Part shown: in pieces, positions 46,403 to 58,237 of the stretch
Layout of the letters: every line of letters starts with the position of its first letter
Numbering within the stretch: position 1 is the first letter of the stretch
DNA from: Escherichia phage vB_EcoM_F1
Sequence record: NC_054912.1
Length of the DNA: 64,000 nucleotides
Strand: one strand, 5' to 3'
The notes under the pieces: generated by a model
The model's input: the letters and a program-made list of their open reading frames with translations, nothing else
Databases searched by the model: none
Told to the model about the DNA's origin: nothing
Program-made: the position numbers and the translations under genes

Positions 46403-46710
46403 ATTGCCATTTTCCCTTTAATTGCTGGATGCGATTCATAATTTTCAAGGATAAAATCTTTCGGTTTCATGTATTCAGTTAACCAGTAAAGCTGCGTTTC
46501 GGTGTCACAATTTCCAAACTCTATAGGCCAATCAATTTTAAGTTCACACAGTTCTTTAGGCTCACGACGTAAAATTTCTTTACATTGCTCAGTATGATTC
46601 ATATAGATGTGAGTATTACCACCGGAAAATATCAAATCTCCTGGGATAAGATTACACATCTTAGCCACAATATGCGTCAAGGCAGCGTACGAGGCAATGT
46701 TGAATGGTAG
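46399..46710 (-). CDS. td: thymidylate synthase, exon 2
   Basis: encodes [39 protein letters not shown]...; the ORF's ATG is the last 3 nt of the intron. Confidence 0.92.
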   Translation of the reverse strand, partial: LPFNIASYAALTHIVAKMCNLIPGDLIFSGGNTHIYMNHTEQCKEILRREPKELCELKIDWPIEFGNCDTETQLYWLTEYMKPKDFILENYESHPAIKGKMAI

Positions 46711-47156
46711 CATTATGTTCAGATAAGGTCGTTAATCTTACCCCGGAATTATATCCAGCTGCATGTCACCATGCAGATCAGACTATATCTCCAACTTGTT
46801 AAAGCAAGTTGTCTATCGTTTCGAGTCACTTGACCCTACTCCCCAAAGGGATAGTCGTTAGGCATTTATGTAGAACCAATTCCATTTATCAGATTTTACA
46901 CGATAAGTAACTAATCCAGACGAAATTTTAAAATGCCTCTTCCATCTCTTTTCAAAATCTTTAGCACTTCCTACATATACTTTATTGTTTAAAGTATTTT
47001 TAATCTGATAAATTCCGCTTTTCATAAATACCTCTTTAAATATAGAAGTATTTATGAAAGGGCAGTCCTACAATTTAGCACGGGATTGTCTACTAGAGAG
47101 GTTCCCCGTTTAGATAGATTACAAGTATAAGTCACCTTATACTCAGGCCTCAATTA
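46711..47156 (-). mobile_element. td group I intron, shortened (446 nt) with internally deleted I-TevI ORF
   Basis: 5' end TAATTGAGGCCTGAGTATAAGGTGACTTATACTTGTAATCTATCTAAACGGGGAACC matches the T4 td intron 5' sequence as recalled; in-frame TAA at the 5' splice site. Confidence 0.88.
46858..47025 (-). pseudogene. I-TevI (GIY-YIG homing endonuclease) remnant, 55 aa, internal deletion
   Basis: MKSGIYQIKNTLNNKVYVGSAKDFEKRWKRHFK fused directly to ISSGLVTYRVKSDKWNWFYINA; junction at the repeated RHFK coding sequence. Confidence 0.8.
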
Positions 47157-48528
<1,372 letters not shown>

Positions 48529-48538
48529 ATTATTTTCC

Positions 48539-48781
48539 TTAAACAGACTTTTTCACAATTTTCCAATCAGCTTTAAACTGTTCAACGTCAGAATGGTAAA
48601 TCCAGAATCCTGCGCTTTCTCCGTCTTCATAAAGAGGGCATCCATCGCATTCATCTTCCCATCCCATATCACGTAAAAGATGTTCAGCTTTTTCAACAAG
48701 TTCAGAATCTTTACCGATGATATTAAAATACCATTTACCTTTAACTTCTGAATCTTTGATGCTTTGGCGTTGTAATCTCAT
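48539..48781 (-). CDS. hypothetical protein (frd.2 position)
   Basis: 80-aa ORF with SD AAGGAG downstream of an early promoter. Confidence 0.55.
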   Translation of the reverse strand: MRLQRQSIKDSEVKGKWYFNIIGKDSELVEKAEHLLRDMGWEDECDGCPLYEDGESAGFWIYHSDVEQFKADWKIVKKSV

Positions 48782-48806
48782 TTTATTCTCCTTAGTTGAT
48801 AGGGTA

Positions 48807-48835
48807 ATAGTATCACACTACTACCCTGATGTAAA
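48807..48835 (-). promoter_or_regulatory. sigma70-type early promoter
   Basis: minus strand GTTTACA-N17-TACTAT, enclosed by inverted repeat AGGGTA/TACCCT. Confidence 0.5.
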
Positions 48836-48838
48836 CAA

Positions 48839-49099
48839 TTATTTTTGAATTTTATCGAGCCACTTACCAAGCTTAATCATTTCTTTAGTAGCCTTTTCCA
48901 TACTTCTGAACTTAACCAATAGAGGATAGGTATCAACACCCATAACTAAACTGGTTACAAGACTGTGTTCACCCACAAGCCATAACGAATACGTTTGAAT
49001 ATCGAGCCCGTAATTTCTGTCTTTATGGACCCGTACACCCATCACTTCAAATTTCTCACTAGCTTTTTCTACCGCATCCAGGAAATCATCTTTAGTCAT
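48839..49099 (-). CDS. hypothetical protein
   Basis: start chosen at ATG 49099 with SD AAGG; the track ORF begins at 49141 and overlaps the upstream ORF. Confidence 0.45.
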   Translation of the reverse strand: MTKDDFLDAVEKASEKFEVMGVRVHKDRNYGLDIQTYSLWLVGEHSLVTSLVMGVDTYPLLVKFRSMEKATKEMIKLGKWLDKIQK

Positions 49100-49100
49100 A

Positions 49101-49487
49101 TTAGGCCTTAAAAGTTTTTCGCAAAAGTTCAATGATTTCATCTACATTGTTTTCGTCAACAATGCAGTGAATTTTTGTTACGCCAGAAACTATACCTTCA
49201 TTAGCGGATTGAGGCTTTTCTAAAGTTACCTCAGTAAAGTATTTGAATTCTTCAGAGTAAATCTCAAAATACGTCTCAAGTGGGCCACCCGCCATGTATT
49301 CAGTGCCATCTTCCATAGTTACACGTACCACACATTCACCAGCACAATCATCACTTTCCATTTCATCTACAACAAAACTAGGTCCGTGCTTCTCTATTAA
49401 ATTTAGCATCATTACATTGCAACGACACTCGTTAGCAAAGTCATTTTTAAATAAAGGGTTAATGATATAAGTTTTTCCAACTTCCAT
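49101..49487 (-). CDS. hypothetical protein
   Basis: 128-aa acidic ORF with SD GAGGA. Confidence 0.5.
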   Translation of the reverse strand: MEVGKTYIINPLFKNDFANECRCNVMMLNLIEKHGPSFVVDEMESDDCAGECVVRVTMEDGTEYMAGGPLETYFEIYSEEFKYFTEVTLEKPQSANEGIVSGVTKIHCIVDENNVDEIIELLRKTFKA

Positions 49488-49533
49488 TTTGATTTCCTCA
49501 TTTTAACGGGGCTATCAAATAGCCCCTTGATAA

Positions 49534-49761
49534 TTATTGTTCAATCAGTCCCATGTAAAATTCTGCGTCTTCAGAATCCATGCCATCGCAATATTCATTA
49601 GCCATAAAGCGGGTAAGGTCTTCAAGAGGACCTTCAATAACGATTTGAATACTCCAAAACTTAGAATCTTGCACGCTTGTGATACTAAGTTCAGGATAAC
49701 GATTACGAATAATCTCTTCAATATATTCAAAATCAACGATGTCAATATCAACTTTAGCCAT
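49534..49761 (-). CDS. hypothetical small protein
   Basis: 75 aa from ATG 49761 (MAKVDIDIV...) with SD AAAGAGGAAA; the track ORF begins further upstream at 49887. Confidence 0.5.
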   Translation of the reverse strand: MAKVDIDIVDFEYIEEIIRNRYPELSITSVQDSKFWSIQIVIEGPLEDLTRFMANEYCDGMDSEDAEFYMGLIEQ

Positions 49762-49857
49762 ATTATTTTCCTCTTTAATCATCAGCAGTATTGCCGATAG
49801 TTGTATAGTACCATGGAAGGACAAGGATGTAAACCGTTTTGTGAAAAAAATTTTTGA

Positions 49858-49886
49858 AATAAAAAAGGGGACCTCTAGGGTCCCCA
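49858..49886 (-). terminator. terminator after gene 32
   Basis: GGGGACC hairpin followed by TTTTTT on the minus strand, 20 nt past the gene 32 stop. Confidence 0.7.
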
Positions 49887-49907
49887 ATTAATTAGTAATA
49901 TAATCTA

Positions 49908-50816
49908 TTAAAGGTCATTCAAAAGGTCATCCAGGTCCGTGTCATCAGCACTAGATGAACTGCCAGAGCTTGAGCTCATAAAATCATCTTCAGTTTTTGT
50001 ATTGAAGTCATCAACATTGAATGCATCCAAATCATCAGCAACTTTATCAGCTTTCTTAGCAGCAGTTGCAGCGGCACCACCCATCACAGCAGTTCCCATA
50101 ACTTGACTGAACTTAGTGTTCAGTTCTTCAAACGATTTGAATTTATCTTTAGAAGTCATTTCAGAAAGGTCAACCATTTGTTCGAACAGTTCTTTCTGGA
50201 AAGATTCATCATCAATGTTTGGAATCGCAGATTGATTCAGGAATTTAGATTCATCGTAGTTACTAAATCCAGAAACTTGTTTAACTTTCAGTACAAAGTT
50301 AGCACCTTCCCACGGACAAGTTACATCAACCGGAGTTTCACCCATTTCAACATCAACCGCAATCATCGCGTTGATTTTATCCCAGATTTTCTTACCGAAA
50401 CGGTATTTAAATACTTTACCTTCATTTTCTGGAGCAGCTGGGTCTTTTACTACAAGAATGTTAGCCCAGTAAGAAGTTTTACGTTTAACAAGACTGTACT
50501 CTTTATTGTCAGTGTTGTACAGATCATTTTTACTGATGTATTGACATACTGGACAAGAATCGTAATCACCGTGGGTAGATGAACAGTTTTCAATATACCA
50601 TTTACCATTTTTCTTGAAACCGTGATTTACAAGAATTGCGAATGGTGCTTGTTCATCATTTTTAGACGGAAGAAAACGAATTACTGCTTGACCGTTACCC
50701 GCATTATCGAGTTTCAGTTTCCACTCGCCTTTATCTTCAGAAGAAAAACCACCTTTATTTCCAGCCAGTTTAGCCATTTGTGCAGCGAGTTCAGCAGTAG
50801 ATTTACGTTTAAACAT
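49908..50816 (-). CDS. 32: single-stranded DNA-binding protein gp32
   Basis: 302 aa, [37 protein letters not shown]...; acidic Ser-rich C-terminus. Confidence 0.97.
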   Translation of the reverse strand: MFKRKSTAELAAQMAKLAGNKGGFSSEDKGEWKLKLDNAGNGQAVIRFLPSKNDEQAPFAILVNHGFKKNGKWYIENCSSTHGDYDSCPVCQYISKNDLYNTDNKEYSLVKRKTSYWANILVVKDPAAPENEGKVFKYRFGKKIWDKINAMIAVDVEMGETPVDVTCPWEGANFVLKVKQVSGFSNYDESKFLNQSAIPNIDDESFQKELFEQMVDLSEMTSKDKFKSFEELNTKFSQVMGTAVMGGAAATAAKKADKVADDLDAFNVDDFNTKTEDDFMSSSSGSSSSADDTDLDDLLNDL

Positions 50817-50915
50817 TTTTATTTCCTTTTTAATTTAATTAACAGTTGGTGCTATGACGATGTATGACCTCATAGCTGGTCAGTGAGATAATTATAATTT
50901 ATTTATAATAAGCAA

Positions 50916-51569
50916 TTAATACTTACAAGATTTCACAGTTTCAATGAAAACACTTTTAGCTTTCTGTGAATCAATATTTAAAATTTTTCTATAAGCCTTT
51001 AACTTTATAGAATAATTATTCCAGACTAAATTATCAGTCTGTTCATCATGTTTATCAATTATATTTAAAAATGAATCAAGCAAGATAAACGTCTCAAACG
51101 AAATTATGTTCGATTGAAGTAGTTTAAAAATATAACTTGATTGAACTTTTGGATTATATTCAAAAATTTCTTTAAAAGCAGAAACTTCAACTTTTTTACT
51201 GAAATAGTAAATATTGCGAATATCTTCTTCAAACTTAAATTTAATTTGCTTTAAGCGTCCGATATATTCACGATAAAACACAAGTGCATCAGCGTCAGAG
51301 ATGTCACCAATCCAAGCATCTTGGTTAGCAACCAAATTACTTATAAAAATTAAAGCAAGTTCCTTTAATTTATATTTTTCTGATAACTTCTGGAAAAAAT
51401 ACTTATCCCTTCGCTTTTGATAAGCGGCATCAGACACCCGCATGCACCAATTATACTTAATTACATCATACTTTCCATTCATATGTTGTTTTATCATTAA
51501 GTATAATTTATAAACTGATTTACCATCAATGTATCTTTCACCACCAGCAGGCATGCGGAGTTTAATCAT
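50916..51569 (-). CDS. 59: gp59 helicase loader
   Basis: 217 aa, MIKLRMPAGGERYIDGKSVYKLYLMIKQH... Confidence 0.93.
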   Translation of the reverse strand: MIKLRMPAGGERYIDGKSVYKLYLMIKQHMNGKYDVIKYNWCMRVSDAAYQKRRDKYFFQKLSEKYKLKELALIFISNLVANQDAWIGDISDADALVFYREYIGRLKQIKFKFEEDIRNIYYFSKKVEVSAFKEIFEYNPKVQSSYIFKLLQSNIISFETFILLDSFLNIIDKHDEQTDNLVWNNYSIKLKAYRKILNIDSQKAKSVFIETVKSCKY

Positions 51570-51904
51570 AGTAGAAAATCTAATGTATTAGTTTTTTCAC
51601 AACGAACAACAGAAGGACGTAAAAGATTTTCGTCGATAGCTTCTGATTGAATTTTTTCAATTATACCAGAAGGAATAAATTTAGCAAATTGAGTTTCAGG
51701 AATAGAGTTTTCTTCCAAGAATGCTGTCGTAGCTTCAAGATAACTCATTCCAAACTCTTCTACCATTTTTTCAATAATAAATCCATTTTCTTGACGATCA
51801 AGAAGCTTTGCAATTTCATCCTTTTCTTTCTTGATTGAAAGTTCTTTTTCTGAAAGACCGGTCTCATCGACCGGACGAATATCATTTAGAGAAAACTGTG
51901 TCAT
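51566..51904 (-). CDS. 33: gp33 late transcription co-activator
   Basis: 112 aa from ATG 51904 (MTQFSLNDIRPVDETGLSEKE...); the track ORF at 51913 begins on TTG. Confidence 0.88.
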   Translation of the reverse strand: MTQFSLNDIRPVDETGLSEKELSIKKEKDEIAKLLDRQENGFIIEKMVEEFGMSYLEATTAFLEENSIPETQFAKFIPSGIIEKIQSEAIDENLLRPSVVRCEKTNTLDFLL

Positions 51905-52151
51905 AAAGTTCAACTACCTCTTCAGTTTCAGCTTCAAACACATCACGATTATCTTTATGATACAAAGCTAATAGACGATTAAACATCTTACCATCAACGC
52001 CAAGTTCATCTTTAGCACGAATTCGAATATCTTTAATCAGTTCATTATAACCGGAAATTTTCAGTTTATGATCAGATGCTTCTTTAATAAATTTAGCCAA
52101 GTCTTCGCCATGGATAGCTTCATCAAATTCAACCATTTCTTTTTTAGCCAT
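51882..52151 (-). CDS. dsbA: DsbA double-stranded DNA-binding protein
   Basis: 89 aa, MAKKEMVEFDEAIHGEDLAKFIKEASDHKLK... Confidence 0.85.
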   Translation of the reverse strand: MAKKEMVEFDEAIHGEDLAKFIKEASDHKLKISGYNELIKDIRIRAKDELGVDGKMFNRLLALYHKDNRDVFEAETEEVVELYDTVFSK

Positions 52152-52159
52152 TATTCACC

Positions 52160-53077
52160 TCAAAATTCATTAATGCTATTAGTTAATTTAGAAAGACCCG
52201 CTTTTACAAAATATGAATAAATTTTGCCACGCGGTGGTAATTTATATGAATTATAGTAATTCACAATGTTTGAAGCAATATTATCAGGAATATAATCAAA
52301 ATCAATTAGAACTAAATTTTCTTTATAACGATTATATTCAGATTCTGTAAGAAGCACCTTAGCTTGCTCACGGTCATTAGCAATAGCTTCAACGATTGAA
52401 GTTTTCATTGAAGGAGTTCGTTCACCTTCAACTCTGGTAAACCAAAAGTCAGATCGTACTTTAACTGAAGCAACGTTATCCTTTTTGTCGCCTTTAAGGA
52501 TTTTAGTCATACAGTCAATTTCAGCAGAACCGCTTTTAATTTTAACCCATTTCTTATGCATCGGTGACCATTGCTTAACATTTGGATATTTGTGAAGCTG
52601 TGTAAAGTCACCATCCGATGAAATGATCAAAATCTTATGTCCTTCTAAAGATAACTTTTTAACAAGAACAGCAATGTGGTCATCTGCTTCATACTTATCA
52701 ATATCCATAACGATGTATGGCATATAAGCTTTCAATTCATCTATAACTTTATGGCTGGATTCAAAATAACCTTCCCAGTCCCAAGTAGATTCTTCTCGTG
52801 CTTTTCCACGGTTTTTCTTGTAATAGTAAGCAAAATCACGACGCCAATATCCAGATTTCGCGTTATCAATACACAGCACAATTTTAGTGTATCCAAGAGT
52901 CTTTGCTTTTTTGACATTAAACTTAATTGAGTTCAATATCAAATGACGAACCATTGATAAATTAATTTTTTCTTTATCTGGGAAGTTTACTAAAGCAGTT
53001 GAAAGCGCAATCTGACTAAAGTCAATAAAGCAAATTCCTTCTTTGTAATCTTCATCCAGCATCATTTCTAAATCCAT
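52160..53077 (-). CDS. rnh: RNase H (5'-3' exonuclease, FEN family)
   Basis: 305 aa from ATG 53077 (MDLEMMLDEDYKEGIC...), SD GAGGT; the track ORF at 53092 begins on TTG. Confidence 0.92.
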   Translation of the reverse strand: MDLEMMLDEDYKEGICFIDFSQIALSTALVNFPDKEKINLSMVRHLILNSIKFNVKKAKTLGYTKIVLCIDNAKSGYWRRDFAYYYKKNRGKAREESTWDWEGYFESSHKVIDELKAYMPYIVMDIDKYEADDHIAVLVKKLSLEGHKILIISSDGDFTQLHKYPNVKQWSPMHKKWVKIKSGSAEIDCMTKILKGDKKDNVASVKVRSDFWFTRVEGERTPSMKTSIVEAIANDREQAKVLLTESEYNRYKENLVLIDFDYIPDNIASNIVNYYNSYKLPPRGKIYSYFVKAGLSKLTNSINEF

Positions 53078-53139
53078 ATGAACCTCGTTCAATTAGTGAG
53101 ATTTCTATTATATACTATCTAAATCTTAAAGTAAATAAG

Positions 53140-53147
53140 TATAAATA
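53140..53147 (+). promoter_or_regulatory. late promoter TATAAATA (gene 34)
   Basis: exact TATAAATA about 35 nt upstream of the gene 34 ATG. Confidence 0.7.
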
Positions 53148-53181
53148 CTTATTATTGAAAACACAATAGGAGCCCGGGAGA

Positions 53182-56100
53182 ATGGCCGAGATTAAAAGAA
53201 AGTTCAGAGCAGAAGATGGTCTGGACGCAGGTGGTGATAAAATAATCAACGTAGCTTTAGCTGATCGTACCGTAGGAACTGACGGTGTTAACGTTGATTA
53301 CTTAATTCAAGAAAACACAGTTCAACAATATGATCCAACTCGTGGATATTTAAAAGATTTTGTAATCATTTATGATAACCGCTTTTGGGCTGCTATAAAT
53401 GATATTCCAAAACCAGCAGGAGCTTTTAATAGCGTACGATGGAGAGCGTTACGTACCGATGCAAACTGGACAACTGTTTCATCAGGACCTTATCAATTAA
53501 AGTCAGGTGAATTAATTTCAGTTAATACTGCAGCAGGAAATGACATTACATTTACTTTACCATCTTCTCCAATTGACGGTGATACTATCGTTCTCCAAGA
53601 CATTGGAGGAAAACCTGGAGTTAACCAAGTTTTAATTACAGCTCCGGTACAAAGCATTGTAAATTTTAGAGGTCAGCAAGTACGTTCAGTACTAATGACT
53701 CATCCAAAATCACAGATAGTTTTAATTTTTAGTAATCGTCTGTGGCAAATGTATGTCGCTGATTATAGTAGAGAAGCTGTAGTTGTAACGCCTGCGAGTC
53801 TCTATCAGGCGCAATCAAACGATTTTATCGTACGTAGATTTACTTCTGCTGCACCAATTAATGTTAAACTTCCAAGATTTGCTAATCATGGAGATATTAT
53901 TAATTTCGTCGATTTAGATAAACTAAATCCGCTTTATCATACAATTGTTACTACATACGATGAAACGACTTCAATACAAGAAGTTGGAACTCATTCCATT
54001 GAAGGCCGTACAACAATTGACGGTTTCTTGATGTTTGATGATAATGAGAAATTGTGGAGATTGTTTGACGGGGATAGTAAAGCACGTTTACGTATTATAA
54101 CGACTAATTCTAATATTCGTCCAAATGAAGAAGTTATGGTATTTGGTGCGAATAATGGAACAGCTCAGACAATTGAACTTCAGCTTCCGACTGATATTTC
54201 TGTTGGTGATACTGTTAAAATTTCCATGAATTACATGAGAAAAGGACAAACGGTTAAAATCAAAGCTGCTGGTGAAGATAAAATTGCTTCTTCAGTTCAA
54301 TTGCTGCAATTCCCAAAACGTTCAGAGTATCCGCCTGAAACTAAATGGGTAACAGTTCAAGAATTAGTTTTTAACGGTGAAACTAATTATGTTCCAGTTT
54401 TAGAGCTTGCTTATATAGAAGATTCTGATGGAAAATATTGGGTTGTACAGCAAAACGTTCCAACTGTAGAAAGAGTAGATTCTTTAAATGATTCTACTAG
54501 AGCAAGATTAGGCGTAATTGCTTTAGCTACACAAGCTCAAGCTAATGCTGATTTAGAAAATTCTCCACAAAAAGAATTGGCAATTACTCCAGAAACGTTA
54601 GCTAATCGTACTGCTACTGAAACTCGCAGAGGTATCGCAAGAATAGCAACAACTGCTCAAGTTAACCAGGATACTACATTCTCTTTTGCTGATGATATTA
54701 TCATCACTCCTAAAAAGCTGAATGAAAGAACAGCTACTGAAACTCGCAGAGGTGTTGCTGAAATTGCTACGCAGCAAGAAACTAATGCAGGAACCGATGA
54801 TACTACAATCATCACTCCTAAAAAGCTTCAAGCTCGTCAAGGTTCTGAATCATTATCTGGTATTGTAACCTTTGTATCTACTGCAGGTGCTACTCCAGCT
54901 TCTAGCCGTGAATTAAATGGTACGAATGTTTATAATAAAAACACTGATAATTTAGTTGTTTCACCTAAAGCTTTGGATCAGTATAAAGCTACTCCAACAC
55001 AACAAGGTGCGGTAATTTTAGCAGTTGAAAGTGAAGTAATTGCTGGACAAAGTCAGCAAGGATGGGCAAATGCTGTTGTAACGCCAGAAACGTTACATAA
55101 AAAGACATCAACTGATGGAAGAATTGGTTTAATTGAAATTGCTACGCAAAGCGAAGTTAATACAGGAACTGATTATACTCGTGCAGTCACTCCTAAAACT
55201 TTAAATGACCGTAGAGCAACTGAAAGTTTAAGTGGTATAGCTGAAATTGCGACACAAGTTGAATTCGACGCAGGCGTCGACGATACTCGTATCTCTACAC
55301 CATTAAAAATTAAAACCAGATTTAATAGTACTGATCGTACTTCTGTTGTTGCTCTATCTGGATTAGTTGAATCAGGAACTCTCTGGGACCATTATACCCT
55401 TAATATTCTTGAAGCAAATGAGACACAGCGTGGTACACTTCGTGTAGCTACACAGGTCGAAGCTGCTGCGGGAACATTGGATAATGTTCTAATAACTCCT
55501 AAAAAGCTTTTAGGTACTAAATCTACTGAAGCGCAAGAAGGTGTTATTAAAGTTGCAACTCAGTCTGAAACTGTGACTGGAACGTCAACAAATACTGCTG
55601 TATCTCCAAAAAATTTAAAATGGATTGTGCAGAGTGAACCTACTTGGGCAGCAACTACTCTGATAAGAGGTTTTGTTAAAACTTCATCTGGTTCAATTAC
55701 ATTCGTTGGTAATGATACGGTAGGTTCAACACAGCCATTAGAATCATATGAGAAAAATAGCTATGCAGTATCACCATATGAATTAAACCGTGTATTAGCA
55801 AATTATCTGCCGTTAAAAGCAAAAGCTGTAGATAGTAATTTATTGGATGGTCTAGATTCATCTCAGTTCATTCGTAGGGATATTGCGCAGACGGTTAATG
55901 GTTCACTAACCTTAACCCAACAAACGAATCTGAGTGCCCCTCTTGTATCATCTAGTACTGCTACGTTTGGTGGATCAGTTACAGCAAATAGTGTACTAAC
56001 TATTTCTAATACTGGAACAGAAACTCATCTGATTTTTGAGAAAGGACCTCAAATTGGAACTAACCAAGCGCAGACGGTAACTATTAGAGTGTGGGGTAAT

Positions 56101-57051
56101 CAATTTAGTGGGGAATCAGATACAACACGTTCTACTGTATTTGAAGTTGGTGATGAAACGTCTAATCACTTTTATTCTCAGCGCAATAAAGCTGGAAATA
56201 TAACATTTAATATCAATGGTACAGTAACACCTATAAATGTTAATGCTTCAGGAACATTGAATGCAAATGGTGTAGCAACATTTGGTAATTCAGTCACTGC
56301 AACTGGTGAAATTATTTCTCGAAGCGCAAATGCTTTCCGTGCTATTAACGGTGATTACGGATTCTTTATTCGCAATGATGCCTCTAATACCTATTTTATG
56401 CTTACTGCATCGGGTGATCAGACTGGTGGATTTAATGGATTGCGTCCTTTAGCTATCAATAATGCATCTGGCCAAGTAACGATTGGTGAAAGCTTAATCA
56501 TTGCCAAAGGTGCTACTATAAATTCAGGCGGTTTGACTGTTAACTCGAGAATTCGTTCTCAGGGTACTAAAACATCTGATTTATACACCCGTGCACCAAC
56601 ATCTGAAACTGTAGGATTCTGGTCAATTGATATTAACGATTCAGCCACTTATAACCAGTTCCCGGGTTATTTTAAAATGGTTGAAAAAACTAATGAAGTG
56701 ACTGGACTTCCATACTTAGAACGTGGTGAAGAGGTTAAATCTCCTGGTACATTGACTCAGTTTGGTAATACACTTGATTCGCTTTACCAAGATTGGATTA
56801 CTTATCCAACGACCCCAGAAGCGCGCACCACTCGCTGGACACGTACATGGCAGAAAACCAAAAATTCTTGGTCAAGTTTTGTTCAGGTATTTGATGGGGG
56901 TAACCCTCCTCAACCATCTGATATCGGTGCTTTACCATCTGATAATGCTATAATGGGTAATCTTACTATTCGTGATTTCTTACGAATTGGTAATGTTCGC
57001 ATTATTCCTGACCCAGTGAATAAAACGGTTAAATTTGAATGGGTTGAATAA
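53182..57051 (+). CDS. 34: long tail fibre proximal subunit gp34
   Basis: 1289 aa, MAEIKRKFRAEDGLDAGGDKIINVALADRTVGTDGVNVDYL...; late promoter upstream. Confidence 0.95.
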   Translation: MAEIKRKFRAEDGLDAGGDKIINVALADRTVGTDGVNVDYLIQENTVQQYDPTRGYLKDFVIIYDNRFWAAINDIPKPAGAFNSVRWRALRTDANWTTVSSGPYQLKSGELISVNTAAGNDITFTLPSSPIDGDTIVLQDIGGKPGVNQVLITAPVQSIVNFRGQQVRSVLMTHPKSQIVLIFSNRLWQMYVADYSREAVVVTPASLYQAQSNDFIVRRFTSAAPINVKLPRFANHGDIINFVDLDKLNPLYHTIVTTYDETTSIQEVGTHSIEGRTTIDGFLMFDDNEKLWRLFDGDSKARLRIITTNSNIRPNEEVMVFGANNGTAQTIELQLPTDISVGDTVKISMNYMRKGQTVKIKAAGEDKIASSVQLLQFPKRSEYPPETKWVTVQELVFNGETNYVPVLELAYIEDSDGKYWVVQQNVPTVERVDSLNDSTRARLGVIALATQAQANADLENSPQKELAITPETLANRTATETRRGIARIATTAQVNQDTTFSFADDIIITPKKLNERTATETRRGVAEIATQQETNAGTDDTTIITPKKLQARQGSESLSGIVTFVSTAGATPASSRELNGTNVYNKNTDNLVVSPKALDQYKATPTQQGAVILAVESEVIAGQSQQGWANAVVTPETLHKKTSTDGRIGLIEIATQSEVNTGTDYTRAVTPKTLNDRRATESLSGIAEIATQVEFDAGVDDTRISTPLKIKTRFNSTDRTSVVALSGLVESGTLWDHYTLNILEANETQRGTLRVATQVEAAAGTLDNVLITPKKLLGTKSTEAQEGVIKVATQSETVTGTSTNTAVSPKNLKWIVQSEPTWAATTLIRGFVKTSSGSITFVGNDTVGSTQPLESYEKNSYAVSPYELNRVLANYLPLKAKAVDSNLLDGLDSSQFIRRDIAQTVNGSLTLTQQTNLSAPLVSSSTATFGGSVTANSVLTISNTGTETHLIFEKGPQIGTNQAQTVTIRVWGNQFSGESDTTRSTVFEVGDETSNHFYSQRNKAGNITFNINGTVTPINVNASGTLNANGVATFGNSVTATGEIISRSANAFRAINGDYGFFIRNDASNTYFMLTASGDQTGGFNGLRPLAINNASGQVTIGESLIIAKGATINSGGLTVNSRIRSQGTKTSDLYTRAPTSETVGFWSIDINDSATYNQFPGYFKMVEKTNEVTGLPYLERGEEVKSPGTLTQFGNTLDSLYQDWITYPTTPEARTTRWTRTWQKTKNSWSSFVQVFDGGNPPQPSDIGALPSDNAIMGNLTIRDFLRIGNVRIIPDPVNKTVKFEWVE

Positions 57052-57059
57052 GAGGTATT

Positions 57060-58175
57060 ATGGAAAAATTTATGGCAAAGTTTGGACAAGGATATGTCCA
57101 AACGCCATTTTTATCGGAAAGTAATTCAGTAAGATATAAAATAAGCATAGCGGGTTCTTGCCCGCTTTCTACAGCAGGACCATATGTCAAATTTCAGGAT
57201 AATCCTATTGGAAGTCAAACATTTAGCGCAGGACTTCATTTAAGAGTTTTTGACCCTTCTACAGGAGCATTAGTTGATAGTAAGTCATATGCTTTTTCGA
57301 CTTCAAATGATACTACATCAGCTGCTTTTGTTAGTTTCATGAACTCTTTGACGAATAATAGACTTGTTGCTATATTAACTAGCGGAAAGGTTAATTTTCC
57401 TCCAGAAGTAGTATCTTGGCTAAGAGCCACGGGAACGTCTGCTTTTCCATCTGATTCTATATTGTCAAGATTTGACGTATCATATGCTGCCTTTTATACT
57501 TCTTCTAAAAGAGCTATTGCATTAGAACATGTTAAACTAAGTAATAGAAAAAGCACAGATGATTATCAAACTATTTTAGATGTTGTATTTGATAGTTTAG
57601 AAGACGTTGGAGCTACTGGGTTTCCAAGAAGAACGTATGAAAGCGTTGAGCAATTTATGTCAGCGGTTGGTGGAACTAATAACGAAATTGCACGTTTACC
57701 AACTTCATCCGCGATAAGTAAATTATCTGATTATAATTTAATTCCTGGCGATGTTCTTTATCTTAAAGCGCAGCTATATGCTGATGCCGATTTACTTGCG
57801 CTTGGAACTACAAATATATCTATCCGTTTTTATGATGAATCGAATGGATATATTTCTTCAACACATGCTGAGTTTACTGGACAAGCTGAGTCATGGGAAT
57901 TAAAGGAAGACTATGTAGTTGTTCCTGAAAATGCAGTAGGATTTACGATATATGCACAAAGAACTGCACAAGCAGGTCAAGGTGGCATGAGGAATTTAAG
58001 TTTTTCTGAAGTATCAAGAAATGGCGGAATTTCAAAACCTGCAGAATTTGGCGTCAATGGTATTCGAGTTAATTATGTCTGTGAATCTGCTTCACCTCCA
58101 GATATAATGGTACTTCCTACACAAGCATCGTCTAAAACTGGTAAAGTGTTTGGACAAGAATTTAGAGAAGTTTAA
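57060..58175 (+). CDS. 35: long tail fibre hinge protein gp35
   Basis: 371 aa, MEKFMAKFGQGYVQTPFLSES... Confidence 0.9.
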   Translation: MEKFMAKFGQGYVQTPFLSESNSVRYKISIAGSCPLSTAGPYVKFQDNPIGSQTFSAGLHLRVFDPSTGALVDSKSYAFSTSNDTTSAAFVSFMNSLTNNRLVAILTSGKVNFPPEVVSWLRATGTSAFPSDSILSRFDVSYAAFYTSSKRAIALEHVKLSNRKSTDDYQTILDVVFDSLEDVGATGFPRRTYESVEQFMSAVGGTNNEIARLPTSSAISKLSDYNLIPGDVLYLKAQLYADADLLALGTTNISIRFYDESNGYISSTHAEFTGQAESWELKEDYVVVPENAVGFTIYAQRTAQAGQGGMRNLSFSEVSRNGGISKPAEFGVNGIRVNYVCESASPPDIMVLPTQASSKTGKVFGQEFREV

Positions 58176-58177
58176 AT

Positions 58178-58207
58178 TGAGGGAGCCTTCGGGTTCCCTT
58201 TTTCTTT
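58178..58207 (+). terminator. terminator after gene 35
   Basis: GGGAGCC-TTCG-GGTTCCC hairpin followed by TTTTTCTTT. Confidence 0.7.
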
Positions 58208-58214
58208 ATAAATA
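58207..58214 (+). promoter_or_regulatory. late promoter TATAAATA (gene 36)
   Basis: exact TATAAATA directly after the gene 35 terminator. Confidence 0.7.
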
Positions 58215-58237
58215 CTATTAAAATAAAGGGGCATACA

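Noticed and set aside
50103-50582. 159-aa plus-strand ORF
   Set aside because: Antisense to gene 32 (ssDNA-binding protein); hydrophobic low-complexity translation, no translation signals.
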